Positions 49,754-60,358 of a DNA stretch of 64,000 nucleotides are shown in pieces. Position numbers and translations under genes: made by a program. The DNA is from Folioceros fuciformis. Taxonomy: Eukaryota. Under the pieces are notes generated by a model, which searched no databases, was not told the DNA's origin, and saw nothing but the letters and a program-made list of their open reading frames with translations. The DNA lies in contig JBNGIO010006148.1 in assembly GCA_049999805.1 (NCBI GenBank), forward strand, positions 1-64,000. Reading direction: 5' to 3'. The stretch's first letter is position 1; each line of letters begins with the position of its first letter.

Positions 49754-52700
49754 TCATGCTGAACAAGCGGCTTCAAGAGAAGTGCGAGCAAGCCACAACA
49801 ATCCTGGATCGTTTCTTCTTAAAACTAGAAATTCCGGAGAGGTCTCGCCTGCTCCTTCTTCGGACTCCCCATCAGTGAACCCCACGGCAGCAAGGAACTC
49901 CAGTGCACCTGCAAGGAGATTCGGATGATCATCGGAGTGCTTGTGGAATACTCGCGCAAGGACTATTCAACATCCAAAATTTCCTTGACGTCAGAACATA
50001 CCTTCGTACTGCCCAACTAGTTGCACGAAGGTAGGATTGGTCTGAGAAAAAATAAAACGAAGCATCCACAGTCAGAACGAGAACCATGTCAGGGCAACAC
50101 TGTATCCGAAGACATACTGACTCCAGTGTACCTAGCAATTTACATGGGGGCAGCAGCATGTCACCCGTTCACACCGACACAACACCAGCAGTCCAGTGGC
50201 CAGAAGCACGGGCAACACATTCAAAACTTGCACCAACCTTTCTGAGACGCCGAAACTTGCGGTCATTTGGATGCTCAGTGACGTTCCTGCGTCACCAGGT
50301 GAACCATGAGTGCTTCGCCAGCTTGATCATTTGCCACGTAAGAAGCAACATACACAAACCTTAGAATTCTTGACAGTGTCTGAGCCGACATGACCGCTCT
50401 TGATGCACCAGCTTGTTGTTTTAACCTCTCTAATGCCTCCGCAAGACGGAGGCTTGCTGCTGTCGTGACTTCCTGTATTCTCCTCAGCTCCATGCCATAT
50501 AAGTCAGCTTCAACAACAGTCATGCTGCTGTCATCAGGATCAGGCTCATGGCTTCGTTTTGATCCTGAAAGTCCTCCACCTGACTCCACTCTGTGGCTGA
50601 CGTCCATATTACCAGGGATAGATTCAGAGCCATCATGAGACTGAGGCTCTGAAACTCGCATCTCAGTGTCATCACGATCCGATTCCAGCCTCAACTTGAC
50701 AACAGCATCATCCGGACCAGGCTCGGACGCAAGCAGCTCAGTGTCATCAGGATCAGGTTCTAGTCTAAGCTTGGAAACAGCGTCATCCGGATCAGGTTCT
50801 AGTCTCAGTTTGGAAATAGCGTCATCCGGATCAGGTTCTAGTCTCAGCTTGGAAACAGCGTCATCCGGNNNNNNNNNNTCATCCGGATCAGGTTCTAGTC
50901 TCAGCTTGGAAACAGCGTCATCCGGATCAGGTTCTAGTCTCAGCTTGGAAACAGCGTCATCCGGATCAGGCTCAGACATCAGCAATTCACTATCCTCAGG
51001 ATAAGGTTCTAGTCTCAACTGAACAGGAGCCCTAGGCTCCAAAGCCTGCAGTCCGCTAGCATCAGGATCAGGCTCTGACCTTGACTTCGAATCAGCATCC
51101 TTGGGATCAGTAGCAAATCTGACCATTTCCACGTCGTCCGGATCAGGTTCTGACCTCAATAGTTCAGAGGAATCATTGGGATCAGTCTTAGATCTGACCA
51201 TTTCTACGTCGTCCGGATCAGGTTCTGACCTCAATTGTTCTGAGCAATCATCGGGATCAGGCTCTGACCGCAGTTGTTCCAAAGCATCATCAGGATCAGG
51301 CTCCACTCTCAGAGGTTGAAACGGAGACTGAGTGTTGATCTGAGTACGAGCGCCATCCTTTTCTTCCCGTACAGGCTCCAACCTGACATGCTCGGTCAGA
51401 TCCAGGATGCTATCAAAGTTATCTCCACCACCAACTGCCCCAAGCCCTTCACCTAGTACTGTCACTGTCTCTCCCTTTCCATGTTTCTGTCGGTAATCTG
51501 ACTCTTCCAGTCGCTCTTCCATGGGATAGTTCGTGTCTGCAGGTTCAGTCCAACCGAAGCCGGCAGATCTGTGCAAAGCAGCTCTAGCAGCAGCCTCTGA
51601 GGGGACTACAAATTGAGTAGATCTGTCGCCCCCTAAAATGTGAACCTTACTAGTTCCAGCAGCACCTGAATCGGAAGGCACTGGGTCATAGCCCTTACGA
51701 CCAGCCAGATTGTGACTGAAAGACCTTGTCCAGTCTAAAGCAATTGCTTCTTCATTGAGCTGTGAAGGAGTTGCAATACGACAGAACACCAACAATATAT
51801 GTAAGCAACCACTACAAATTGAGCGCAACGAGCAGGCACAGATGAAAGCTAATTATCTCAAGACAAAAACTTGCTTAGAGAATGATCGAGCTCGAATGCG
51901 ACACCTGTTTGTCCAGCGCATGAAAGTGCTCGTCATGTTCGTCATGTACCATGTGCGCCTGCATGGAAAGAGGCCCAAGTTACTGTACATGTCTTGCAAG
52001 AAACAAACTTTGAGAGTACACCATGGATGGACATAGGAAGGAACTCTACCAGCTCATGCAGAAGAGTCTTTTTGATACTTTCATACTTCCGGAACCCTTT
52101 CAAATCATCGGTCCGGAGTCGCAAAGATATTTCGTCTCCACGGTTCTTCACAGGACAACAGCTCTCAAATAAGTGTTGACTTGAAAATCCAGAAAAAAAC
52201 TTGTCACGACATCATTCACACTTGAACATCAAGCTCAGAGACCTAGATATCACACGACTAAAATTCGTGACCTCCCTCAGCGGCTTACTTTATTGAAGCC
52301 TAGTAGACATTTGGGACTGATTCCAACATAACCGACAGGGGCCAGCTCCGTCATGACTCCAACCGTCCACCGGTGCTGTTGCAGCAAGGAGAACGCCATC
52401 AGTTTCCTTCACATGAAACATGTTGAGGGCAAACCTAGCGGTGGCCGAGCAAGAACCGGAAATACCTTGTTCATAATGGCGACGATACCGTGATCACTGG
52501 CGAGCCTATGCATGATCTCCAACGCTTTTGACGGTGGCGGGTTCAACTGTAACCCAACTTTGGTACTCAGCAACGAGCAGGGGAATCACTTCCGCGAAAA
52601 CGGTAAAAGCAACAGAGAAATACCAACCTCTATGCCAGGAAGCTGTAAAGTACGGAAATCATTGAACACATAAGAACCCCTCGGGAGCGGATTCCCAGCG

Positions 52701-53166
52701 TGCCCATATTCCGACCGGCGTCTCGCCCTATCTTCCTCTTCCTTGAACCCAAGGGTCCTCTCTTTCTTGGACAAGGTTTCCATTTCAGAAATCTCTCTAG
52801 CAAGAGCGCCCATCATCCTTACCACTTGGCCCTTCACATCCACGCCAAATTGTTAGCTCTACACATTATTAGCATAAATTACGACGGTACAGGAAACCAG
52901 GTCCTTACTCCATGAAACCCTGCCCGCTCCAGAGACATGCTTGAATCCTGGTCCGAAAAAGGAGAAATTGCGGCAGTAGCAGCTCCTCTCTTCAACGAAG
53001 GCAAAATGAGCCTGATAGTGTGTGGCGCCACCCCGGTCAGTCCAAGCAACTGCTCCCCAAGATCCCTCGTTGTGCTACCCGCATCCACCTTCATCTGCAT
53101 CGTCTTATCCCTGAACACGACCACAAAATCCAACATCCTTTCGGTTTCCCCTTCCCCTTGCTCCAT
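49754..53166 (-). CDS. WSS1B: WLM-domain zinc metalloprotease with N-terminal ubiquitin-like and C-terminal PUB domain (WSS1-like)
   Basis: UBL-like N-terminus, NRGDEISLRLRTDDLKGFRKYESIKKTLLHEL/AHMVH (HExxH), EPDPDD repeats, PUB-like NVTEHPNDRKFRRLRK and RNDPGLLWLA. Contains a 10-N gap at 50869-50878. Confidence 0.9.
50640..51310 (-). repeat. Coding 39-bp (13-aa) tandem repeat EPDPDDAVSKLRL and variants
   Basis: Near-identical CAGCGTCATCCGGATCAGGTTCTAGTCTCAGCTTGGAAA units at about 50750-50970, with more degenerate flanking copies. Confidence 0.92.
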
Positions 53167-53879
53167 CCTCCCCCAGTCTGCTGTAGGGTCAGTTCTGCGA
53201 CAGAGTCCCATCACACAGAACTCAAATTAGTCCCCAAACACTTCCGTCTCGCGGGCTGGCTCAGCTACATCCCATTTTCCGGACACAGAGTAGCACAATC
53301 CAACAGAAATCAGCACCAACACCAACCACGTACATATGTAGCATTCGAACTTTCTCGGACACCAATCTTGTAACCAGTCGCTCAGAGAGACAATCGCTCG
53401 ATGTTCCTCGCGTGGAGTCGATGCCGTCGGCAATCAATTTATAGAAACCACCCGTAAGGAAGCACCACGCGCGCTTTCCTCAAACACCGGCCGGCCGGGC
53501 CGGAGCACATGGAAGCAGGCACAAGTGATTAACTAAAATGTAACGGGGAGAGAGAAATAAGAGAGAGAAACATAGATCGGGTGTGTATGCCGGTGGGCCG
53601 GTGGGCCGGTGAGGTGGGGGATGGCTCTTGTGGAGCGCGTTGAGAAGCACCCAACATTACTTTATCCGTGTCATTAGCTCACGCCCACTTCTTCGGCTTC
53701 GGTGGTAGTAGAATCTTTTTATTATTAAAAAAATCCCATCCTCTCCAAAAATAAGAAGGAACCATCCAAATCAAGGCAACAGACAAAAAAAGTAGCAGCC
53801 CATACCTAAAGCCCATACCTTCAGTACTAGTCTCAAAACTATGGACTACTTTCAAATGTCTTGATATGGAATGAGCAAT

Positions 53880-53946
53880 GCATACGAGTTGTTTAAAGAA
53901 GGCAACCACTAAGCATACGAGTTGTTTAAAGAAGGCAACCACTAAG
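53880..53946. repeat. Perfect 33-bp direct duplication
   Basis: GCATACGAGTTGTTTAAAGAAGGCAACCACTAA occurs at 53880 and 53913. Confidence 0.9.
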
Positions 53947-54130
53947 GAAAGAGGAAGACGTCATTCTTGTAACTATTTTACATCTTTGCACACTCTTGAA
54001 CCTTGAAAAGTTCTTTGCACATTGAGCACTTTGGTGGGAGGTTGATGACAATATGCTCACAAAGTGTTGTTACAACTATGTCAGTAACCCAAACTTGTTC
54101 CTCTTGTTTTCTTTACCAATACAAAAGGTT

Positions 54131-54307
54131 GGTAATGAGTGAAACGTGTGGTGCAAAGTATACCACTATATAGAACAAACCCATGTTGGCGGTGAGTGAA
54201 ACTTGTTGCGCAAAGTGAAAGTGTACCACGATCCAGAACATACCCACAAAAGGTAGTGAGTGAAACTTGTTTTGCAAAGTATACCACTACATGGAACAAA
54301 CCCACGT
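54131..54307. repeat. Three imperfect ~55-65-bp tandem repeats
   Basis: TGAGTGAAAC...GCAAAGT...TACCAC...GAACA.ACCCA occurs three times. Confidence 0.75.
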
Positions 54308-55620
54308 ATTTCTTAGCAATAGGCATCCAGATTGCGTCATGGGCACCTCCTCGAGACGGAGGACAAGTAGGCAGAGGGGGCCTACTTGACTGCATTACGT
54401 GACTGGAGTGACTTGGAAGCGAAGGAGTGACTTGGAAGCGAAGGAGGACAAGGCGTGGTGAAGGTGGAGAACATGGAGTAGAAGGCAACGCTGATGAGTA
54501 CAAGGCTGGAGTGAAGACCGACGAGACTGGCGTCTTCCTCCTTTTTAAGGCTTGGCTTCTGCACGGAAGTCTGAGTAGAAAATGTTTTGTCAGGTAGTGT
54601 AGCGGGCCCTGTCCGCAAGCGAAGGAGAGGGAGCAGTTTTGAGACTTCGCGGCAGAGTCAGTACCGTTTTCTCTGTCGACAGGTTGGCCTGAGCACAGAG
54701 GCACTCTGGATTGACTGAAAGATATGGCTTGTTTCAGTGTTTCCTGCCGGAGACGATTAGAGATGGGAGATTTCTCATGCAAGACCTTGAGATTAGGTCA
54801 GGTCGGAGATACAGTATTTCTCTTCCACACAGACGGTCTCATACATGGCAAACCAGGACAATCTGGTCTCCCAAGAGGGAGGACCAAAGGATTGCAAAGC
54901 TAATAGCCAGCAGCTGTGGCTTAGCACTGCCTGACTCAGCAGAGCAGATCAGAACAACTCTTCCCTACCGTCCCTTAGCTTCCAGGAGTGCAGCAATTCT
55001 TGGCTACTTTCAGTAAAGTCTTGTTAGGAAACTCAGGGAGACACCCTCCATGAGGCAAAGCTTGGAAAGAAGGAAAAGCGTTCCATCCCTTCTTGGTTAG
55101 GTACATGCATATTGTACACCCCTGAATACGTACATTGTACTATATTCGTGAATGGATTTTTTCCCAGCGTCAGCAAGATTCCTGCATCCAGCGGGCCCAG
55201 GCTTGGTTTCGCCGGCCTGGGGCGGGACCGTACTGGCACGATGGGACGAACGTTAGCGGCGAAACCCGTTTCGCCCATGAATCTCCAGGCGCCCGTGTTC
55301 ATCTCTTCAGACAAGGCGTCCACCGCCCCTGAGCATGGGCAGATCGGAGCGGGGTCGTGAAGTAGCCTGGCCTGCTTTTTGTCATCCGGCCCGGGGCGCG
55401 GGATCTGGAGGAGTGGAAGGGATCGTGCGTGCTTTTTGGGGTTAGCGGGAGAGTAAAGGGTTTGGATTTGGGTTGTGAAGGTGTCGGTGTTTGGAGGAGC
55501 TGTAGCTTGGTGTTGCGGAGAGCGGAATTTGAGGCTGGTGGAGTGCAGGGAGAGTGGAGGGTGGAGTCAGCTGCGTTGGGTTTTCCGTGACTGTATGATC
55601 GGCTGGCTGTGGGGTCTGAG

Positions 55621-58600
55621 ATGCCAAGGTCCGTGCAAATCATGAAAAGCACTGCTGAAGCGAGCAGGCCGTGTCAAGATTGTGAGGAGCTGCTGGCGGA
55701 GGTGTGGTGCGACAGTTGCGGTGCAGCTTTGTGCAGGGAATGTGACTTGCAATGTCATCAACCCAACGGGTTCGCGGGGTCGCATAGGAGAAATGTTTTA
55801 GTGAGCTTCGTGGCGAAGGAGTTTGGTGCTCAGGAGTCTTGGTCTGCGGTGTCGGATTATGACAAGGACGAGGCTTCGGTGAAGAGCAATCCTGGGGGTT
55901 TGTTCGGTACCGATTGTGCGGTTAGGGATGGGAAGGAGCAAGTACCGTCGGATGGCTCGTCTAGGCAAAATCGGAGGAGGAAGAAGAAGAGAAACTCGAG
56001 GCGTTCATCGCAGAGCTCGACTGCAGTAGCCCAGGGCGGTGGGGATCCGGAGCAGAATGAAAGCCTTTTGACAACGGACCTGAATCTGTCCAGAAGTGTT
56101 TCCTTCCCTCCGAATGGCGGGAAGTGTGCATTTGACGAGGACACGGCAAGGCGGAGTGCAGGGTTGGAGCATGAGGGCTCCAGCACATGTGATGAACAAT
56201 TTCTTTCCAGCTCCCCGGAAGCAATCAAGTTGATGCGCTCGTCCACGTTCCCGGTATGTCATCTGCCCCGGAGCTCTGCAATGTATCACCAGATCGAGTT
56301 CGATTTTCTTGTAGTGAACTTCCTTGTCAACTTCAGGGCTGGGTTGAGTTATGTGCAAGGCGGCTATGCTTATGATCCGCTCCTGTGAAGCTGCAGTCTC
56401 CTTTTCGACCCAGATCTGCCTTGCGAGGAGGTCATGAAGTCACTGGACTGGGTCCGAGGCCAAAGTTGCACGTGCAGTGGGCTCCTGGCGTGCAAGAGCC
56501 CGTCAGTTCAACAGTATCCCACACAGTGGGTCACAAGCCGCAAAGCTCCAGGACCAAGGATCATAGGAATCGCCATAATGGCAAGAACAGCCAAGGATAT
56601 GGGACAGGCAAGAGCGAGAAGAGGAAAAAGCGCAAGAACAAGAAGGAAGCAGATTCAAGGCAGTGTCAAGGAAGGTGCATGTCTGTTTGTTGGGCTTGCA
56701 CGGCTTGCAGCCCGTTGATGTATGATGCTCATCACTCCCTTGGCCCATCCTATCGTGCAGGGTCGAACTTGATTCTCACAGGGCTCCATCTGCAGCCGCA
56801 TCTGGTTCGGGGAAAGATGCTCTTAGTCTGGACCCAGAGAGTGGTGGGAGGCGCACAGCAGAAGAGGATGAAACAAAGCATGTTACATTCGAAGGAAAAG
56901 GAAGCTCTGAAGACCTCAGTGATCCTGGATGCGGTCCAGGGTGGAAGGGCTCCACGACGCAGGTTTTGACGCGGTCCGAGAAAGCAGGCGTCCTTACTGA
57001 GAAGGATTTTGTTTACAACGTAGCAGGAGGAGGCAATAACTCGGCAGAGAAATGTGGGGTTTCAAGCGAACAGAACTCAGGACAGGGGAAGCCTGGCGTC
57101 AGCAGCAGCCTACTCATGTTTCGGGAGCAATCCGTGGCAGAGGCAATGAAGTCTCTACAGTCACTGAGTGCAAGGAGGGTAGCACCTGAAGGTTGCACCA
57201 CAAGTCACTCGGAGGCTAATGGGTCATCGGATTACTACCAGAACGCTGTTGCATGTATGGTGCATGCAGCTCAGATGGTTGCTGAGGTCGGTTCTCGCTG
57301 AACACGTATCAGAGTAGGGTATCTGATGCAGGTTTGTCTTAGGTGGGTAGAGTAGACTGACGGTCCTTTTAAATGCAGAACAATACGTCGGGTGCTACGG
57401 TTGAATTTGAAGCTTCTGCACGGTTTTTCAGGTATGATCTGGCTCTATTTGTGTGTGAAGACGGTTCTTGGAGACGATTTCATCCTTTCTCATCTTGTTT
57501 TGTTCTTTCTTGTGCTTGAACCTTGCATGGTTTCAGGATGGCAGAAAAGACGGTAAGGATGGAGAACACGGCTGGATCAGAGGTTGTTGCCAAGCACTCT
57601 TTGAGAGGGCAAGTGATGGCGTGGGTGGCTATGGCTACCCTGTACGCGAAATCTGGTCAGACTTACAGGGCGGAAAGGTGTCACCTCTCCCTACTGCAAG
57701 CCTGTCAAGGAAGTGGGATGAAGCTTGAAGCAGGGATGTGCTTGCTTGATGAAGGTCAATGCCAGCTCAAGAGGGAGGAGTTCAAACGAGCCCATGCTTT
57801 CTTTGAGGTTGCAGCTTCACTCCTCGAGGCCGAGCTTCAATCAGAAGCTGGACAGCAGGACTTGAAACAGCGGTCGGAGTCCTATTATGCTCAGTTACGT
57901 GAAACTCTTGTAAAGGCTGGAAGGCTGGCGGGAGTGGCAGCTCTGAAATCGGACGACACAGATGTGGCAAAGAGGCATCTGCTGGGGGCTCTGGTTGCTG
58001 CGCGGAGACTGCACATGAAAGCTGAAGAGGCTCGTTGCTTGAGGTCAGCTTAGTTGTGTGGCGCTGATTGCTGTCGCCCAGCCCAATTTCATCGTCAAGC
58101 CTGCAATATTGACTGTGTTGCCTTTCTCAGGCTTCTGGCTGAACTGCAAGAAGGTACACAGCACTTGAGCAGCTTGCAGGCTGCAGCCGATGCGATGAGC
58201 GTCAGCAATATACCCTACGAGCACGCTGAAGCCCTCTTCTGTCTGGGCAGCTGCAAGGTAGGAAATGGGTGGGCTCCAGCTGAGATTTCATTTCTGCAGA
58301 TACAGCATTGGTCAAGCTAAGCATGGTTCTGATTTGCAATTCCGGTGGGTGATATAAGCATGCAGGTTAGTCTTCACCTCAGCACGCTGCACAGCACAAG
58401 CCAGGTACCCCGAGACAATGGGCTCATAGAGTCTGCGAAGTGTGACCTGGAGGAAGCTGTCGGGGTCCTGCAAGCTCCGCTGAATGCGGCATCTAGAGAT
58501 GATGCCGGTAATCCGGGTCAGGTACACGCAGCCCTGGAAGAAAATGGAGGTGACGATGCCAAAAGCCAGGAGCACAGGTTGGCCCTGTGCGACAGGCAGC

Positions 58601-58857
58601 AACTGTACTCCGCAATTGACATTCTCCTGGGAAGGCTGTATGAGGCTCTCGGACGGACCTGTGTTCTCATGGGTGAGTTTCTGGAAGCCAGGACGTATTT
58701 CGGGTTAGCTCTTCGAGATAAGGAGTGGGCCGCTACGTACCAAGATGCTGCCCGCCAAGTAGAGTCGCTGCTGGACACATTGCAATGGGAGGGGGATGCG
58801 AGGAGTTGTAGAAGTAGCTGGGGTGCCATGGTCACCTCCGTGGCCACGGGAGTATAG
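55621..58857 (+). CDS. B-box zinc-finger protein with a central disordered region and C-terminal TPR-like helical repeats (7 predicted exons)
   Basis: CQDCEELLAEVWCDSCGAALCRECDLQCH B-box. Phase-consistent GT-AG chain: 55621-56253, 56397-56674, 56761-57286, 57379-57431, 57537-58043, 58131-58257, 58366 (or 58405)-58857. Confidence 0.7.
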
Positions 58858-59302
58858 GCAAGTGATGCTCCCAACTTGTACATATCTTCGCAGCACGTAC
58901 ACCAGTGCTCTCATGTAGGGTAGCCCGCCCGATGGTAGGCCTAGATCGCCTAGATCGTCACTGTTGCAGAATGTATATAAATGTTGTCAAGTTGAGCTCC
59001 GAAACCCTAAATTTTCAATTCATTCCTTGCGCCAGCTGCCGATAGCGCGGCATGCACCAGCTTTGCAGCTTGCAGACATCGGAAGCCGGTCTGCATAAAA
59101 CAGACCCGGATGCCTACTCGCTTTCTACTACTGGATGCGGTGAGTGTGACAGGCTTCCGCAAGCAACTGTGGTGTGGTGTGGACAGCGCTGAGCAGAGAA
59201 CGGGCCGAAAAGCTCTTAATGGTTATAGCTTCCTGGAAGAAGCTTCTGTGATCCTTGACCATGAGAAGTACGGGCAATGTAAGCGTGTCCATAGCTGTAT
59301 AA

Positions 59303-59608
59303 TCAGATTCGCGGATGACTGTGAACACTCGATGTGTAGTTGGTGGGATTTTGGGCGACGGTGCCTGCCTTGGTGTGGAAGTTCACCGTCTGGATCTGGA
59401 GCCGGGTGGTGAAAGTTTGCTCAATCCATCCGGAGCCTCCCACGTGGGCTACCGCCAATTGAAAGTCGCTGATCAGCAGAAGGATGGCCACCAGCACTGT
59501 CAGCGGTATCGCCACTTCTAGTACTTCCGCTGCCTTAGATGTGCGTGAACGTTCACGCACGACCGAGGCTTGCAGGATCTGGGAGCTATCTTCATCCCCG
59601 GGACCCAT
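59303..59608 (-). CDS. Candidate 101-aa protein with one hydrophobic signal/anchor segment
   Basis: ATG-initiated ORF containing VAIPLTVLVAILLLISDFQLAVA, with a TATA-like element and W-boxes 120-200 bp upstream. Confidence 0.35.
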   Translation of the reverse strand: MGPGDEDSSQILQASVVRERSRTSKAAEVLEVAIPLTVLVAILLLISDFQLAVAHVGGSGWIEQTFTTRLQIQTVNFHTKAGTVAQNPTNYTSSVHSHPRI

Positions 59609-59729
59609 GGCTATCCCCTGCTACTGAGGCAGACGATTCGAAGGATGGACGAAGATGAGCAGAGAGACTACTGCAGTTGTGAATAGGAATGGCTGCTGCC
59701 GGTGATGAGGCAGGCAGCTCCGCCATGGC

Positions 59730-59809
59730 TATATAAATGCACTGTGCCTGCAATAAGCTTGATTGACTCCAGTCAAGGTAGCTCTCAAATTTTGGAGTCA
59801 GGCTTGACT
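59730..59809. promoter_or_regulatory. TATA-like box plus W-box (TTGACY) cluster
   Basis: TATATAAA at 59730-59737; TTGACT at 59763 and 59804; AGTCAA at 59771; AGTCA at 59796. Confidence 0.5.
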
Positions 59810-60358
59810 CCATTCAAGCAAGTACTCATGTAGAGCACTGCTTCCAAAAATTCATGAAGTCGCTCGGTCTGATTCTGAAGGTTGTACGTGGGCAGGGTAC
59901 CGGTCTGAAGATAGTGTGAACTGTTTTGTCTCTGGATTTCAGTCCATAGCCATTGTCAGTCTCTCGCTTTGTCTCGCTGATCAACACACCCCAATTTTGG
60001 ACCCTTTCTTTCTAAGAGATTTCGCCGTTACGTTATGTTACGTTACGTTAGGCTTTGGAGTTTGTGATAGTGTGAAAAAGAGGTGCCAGTTTGGACACCC
60101 TTGCGGAGCTGAAAATGAACGGTATTAATTTTAGAGGATGCCTTAATGAAAATGAATTCAGCGATGAGCTGACGCATGCTGTACGCGGAAGACCCCGCCG
60201 TGGAAAGTGGATGATCCAGATCGGGCTCGCATGCTTGGGTTGTCAAGTCGGCAATGTTGTTGGCAGGCAATGGAACCGACTCTCATCGCTGTTTTCGAGG
60301 ATATTGCGCCAAGTGAGGAGCAGTGGTGGTGGTTTGGGTGCATAGATGTGTGTGCGGC

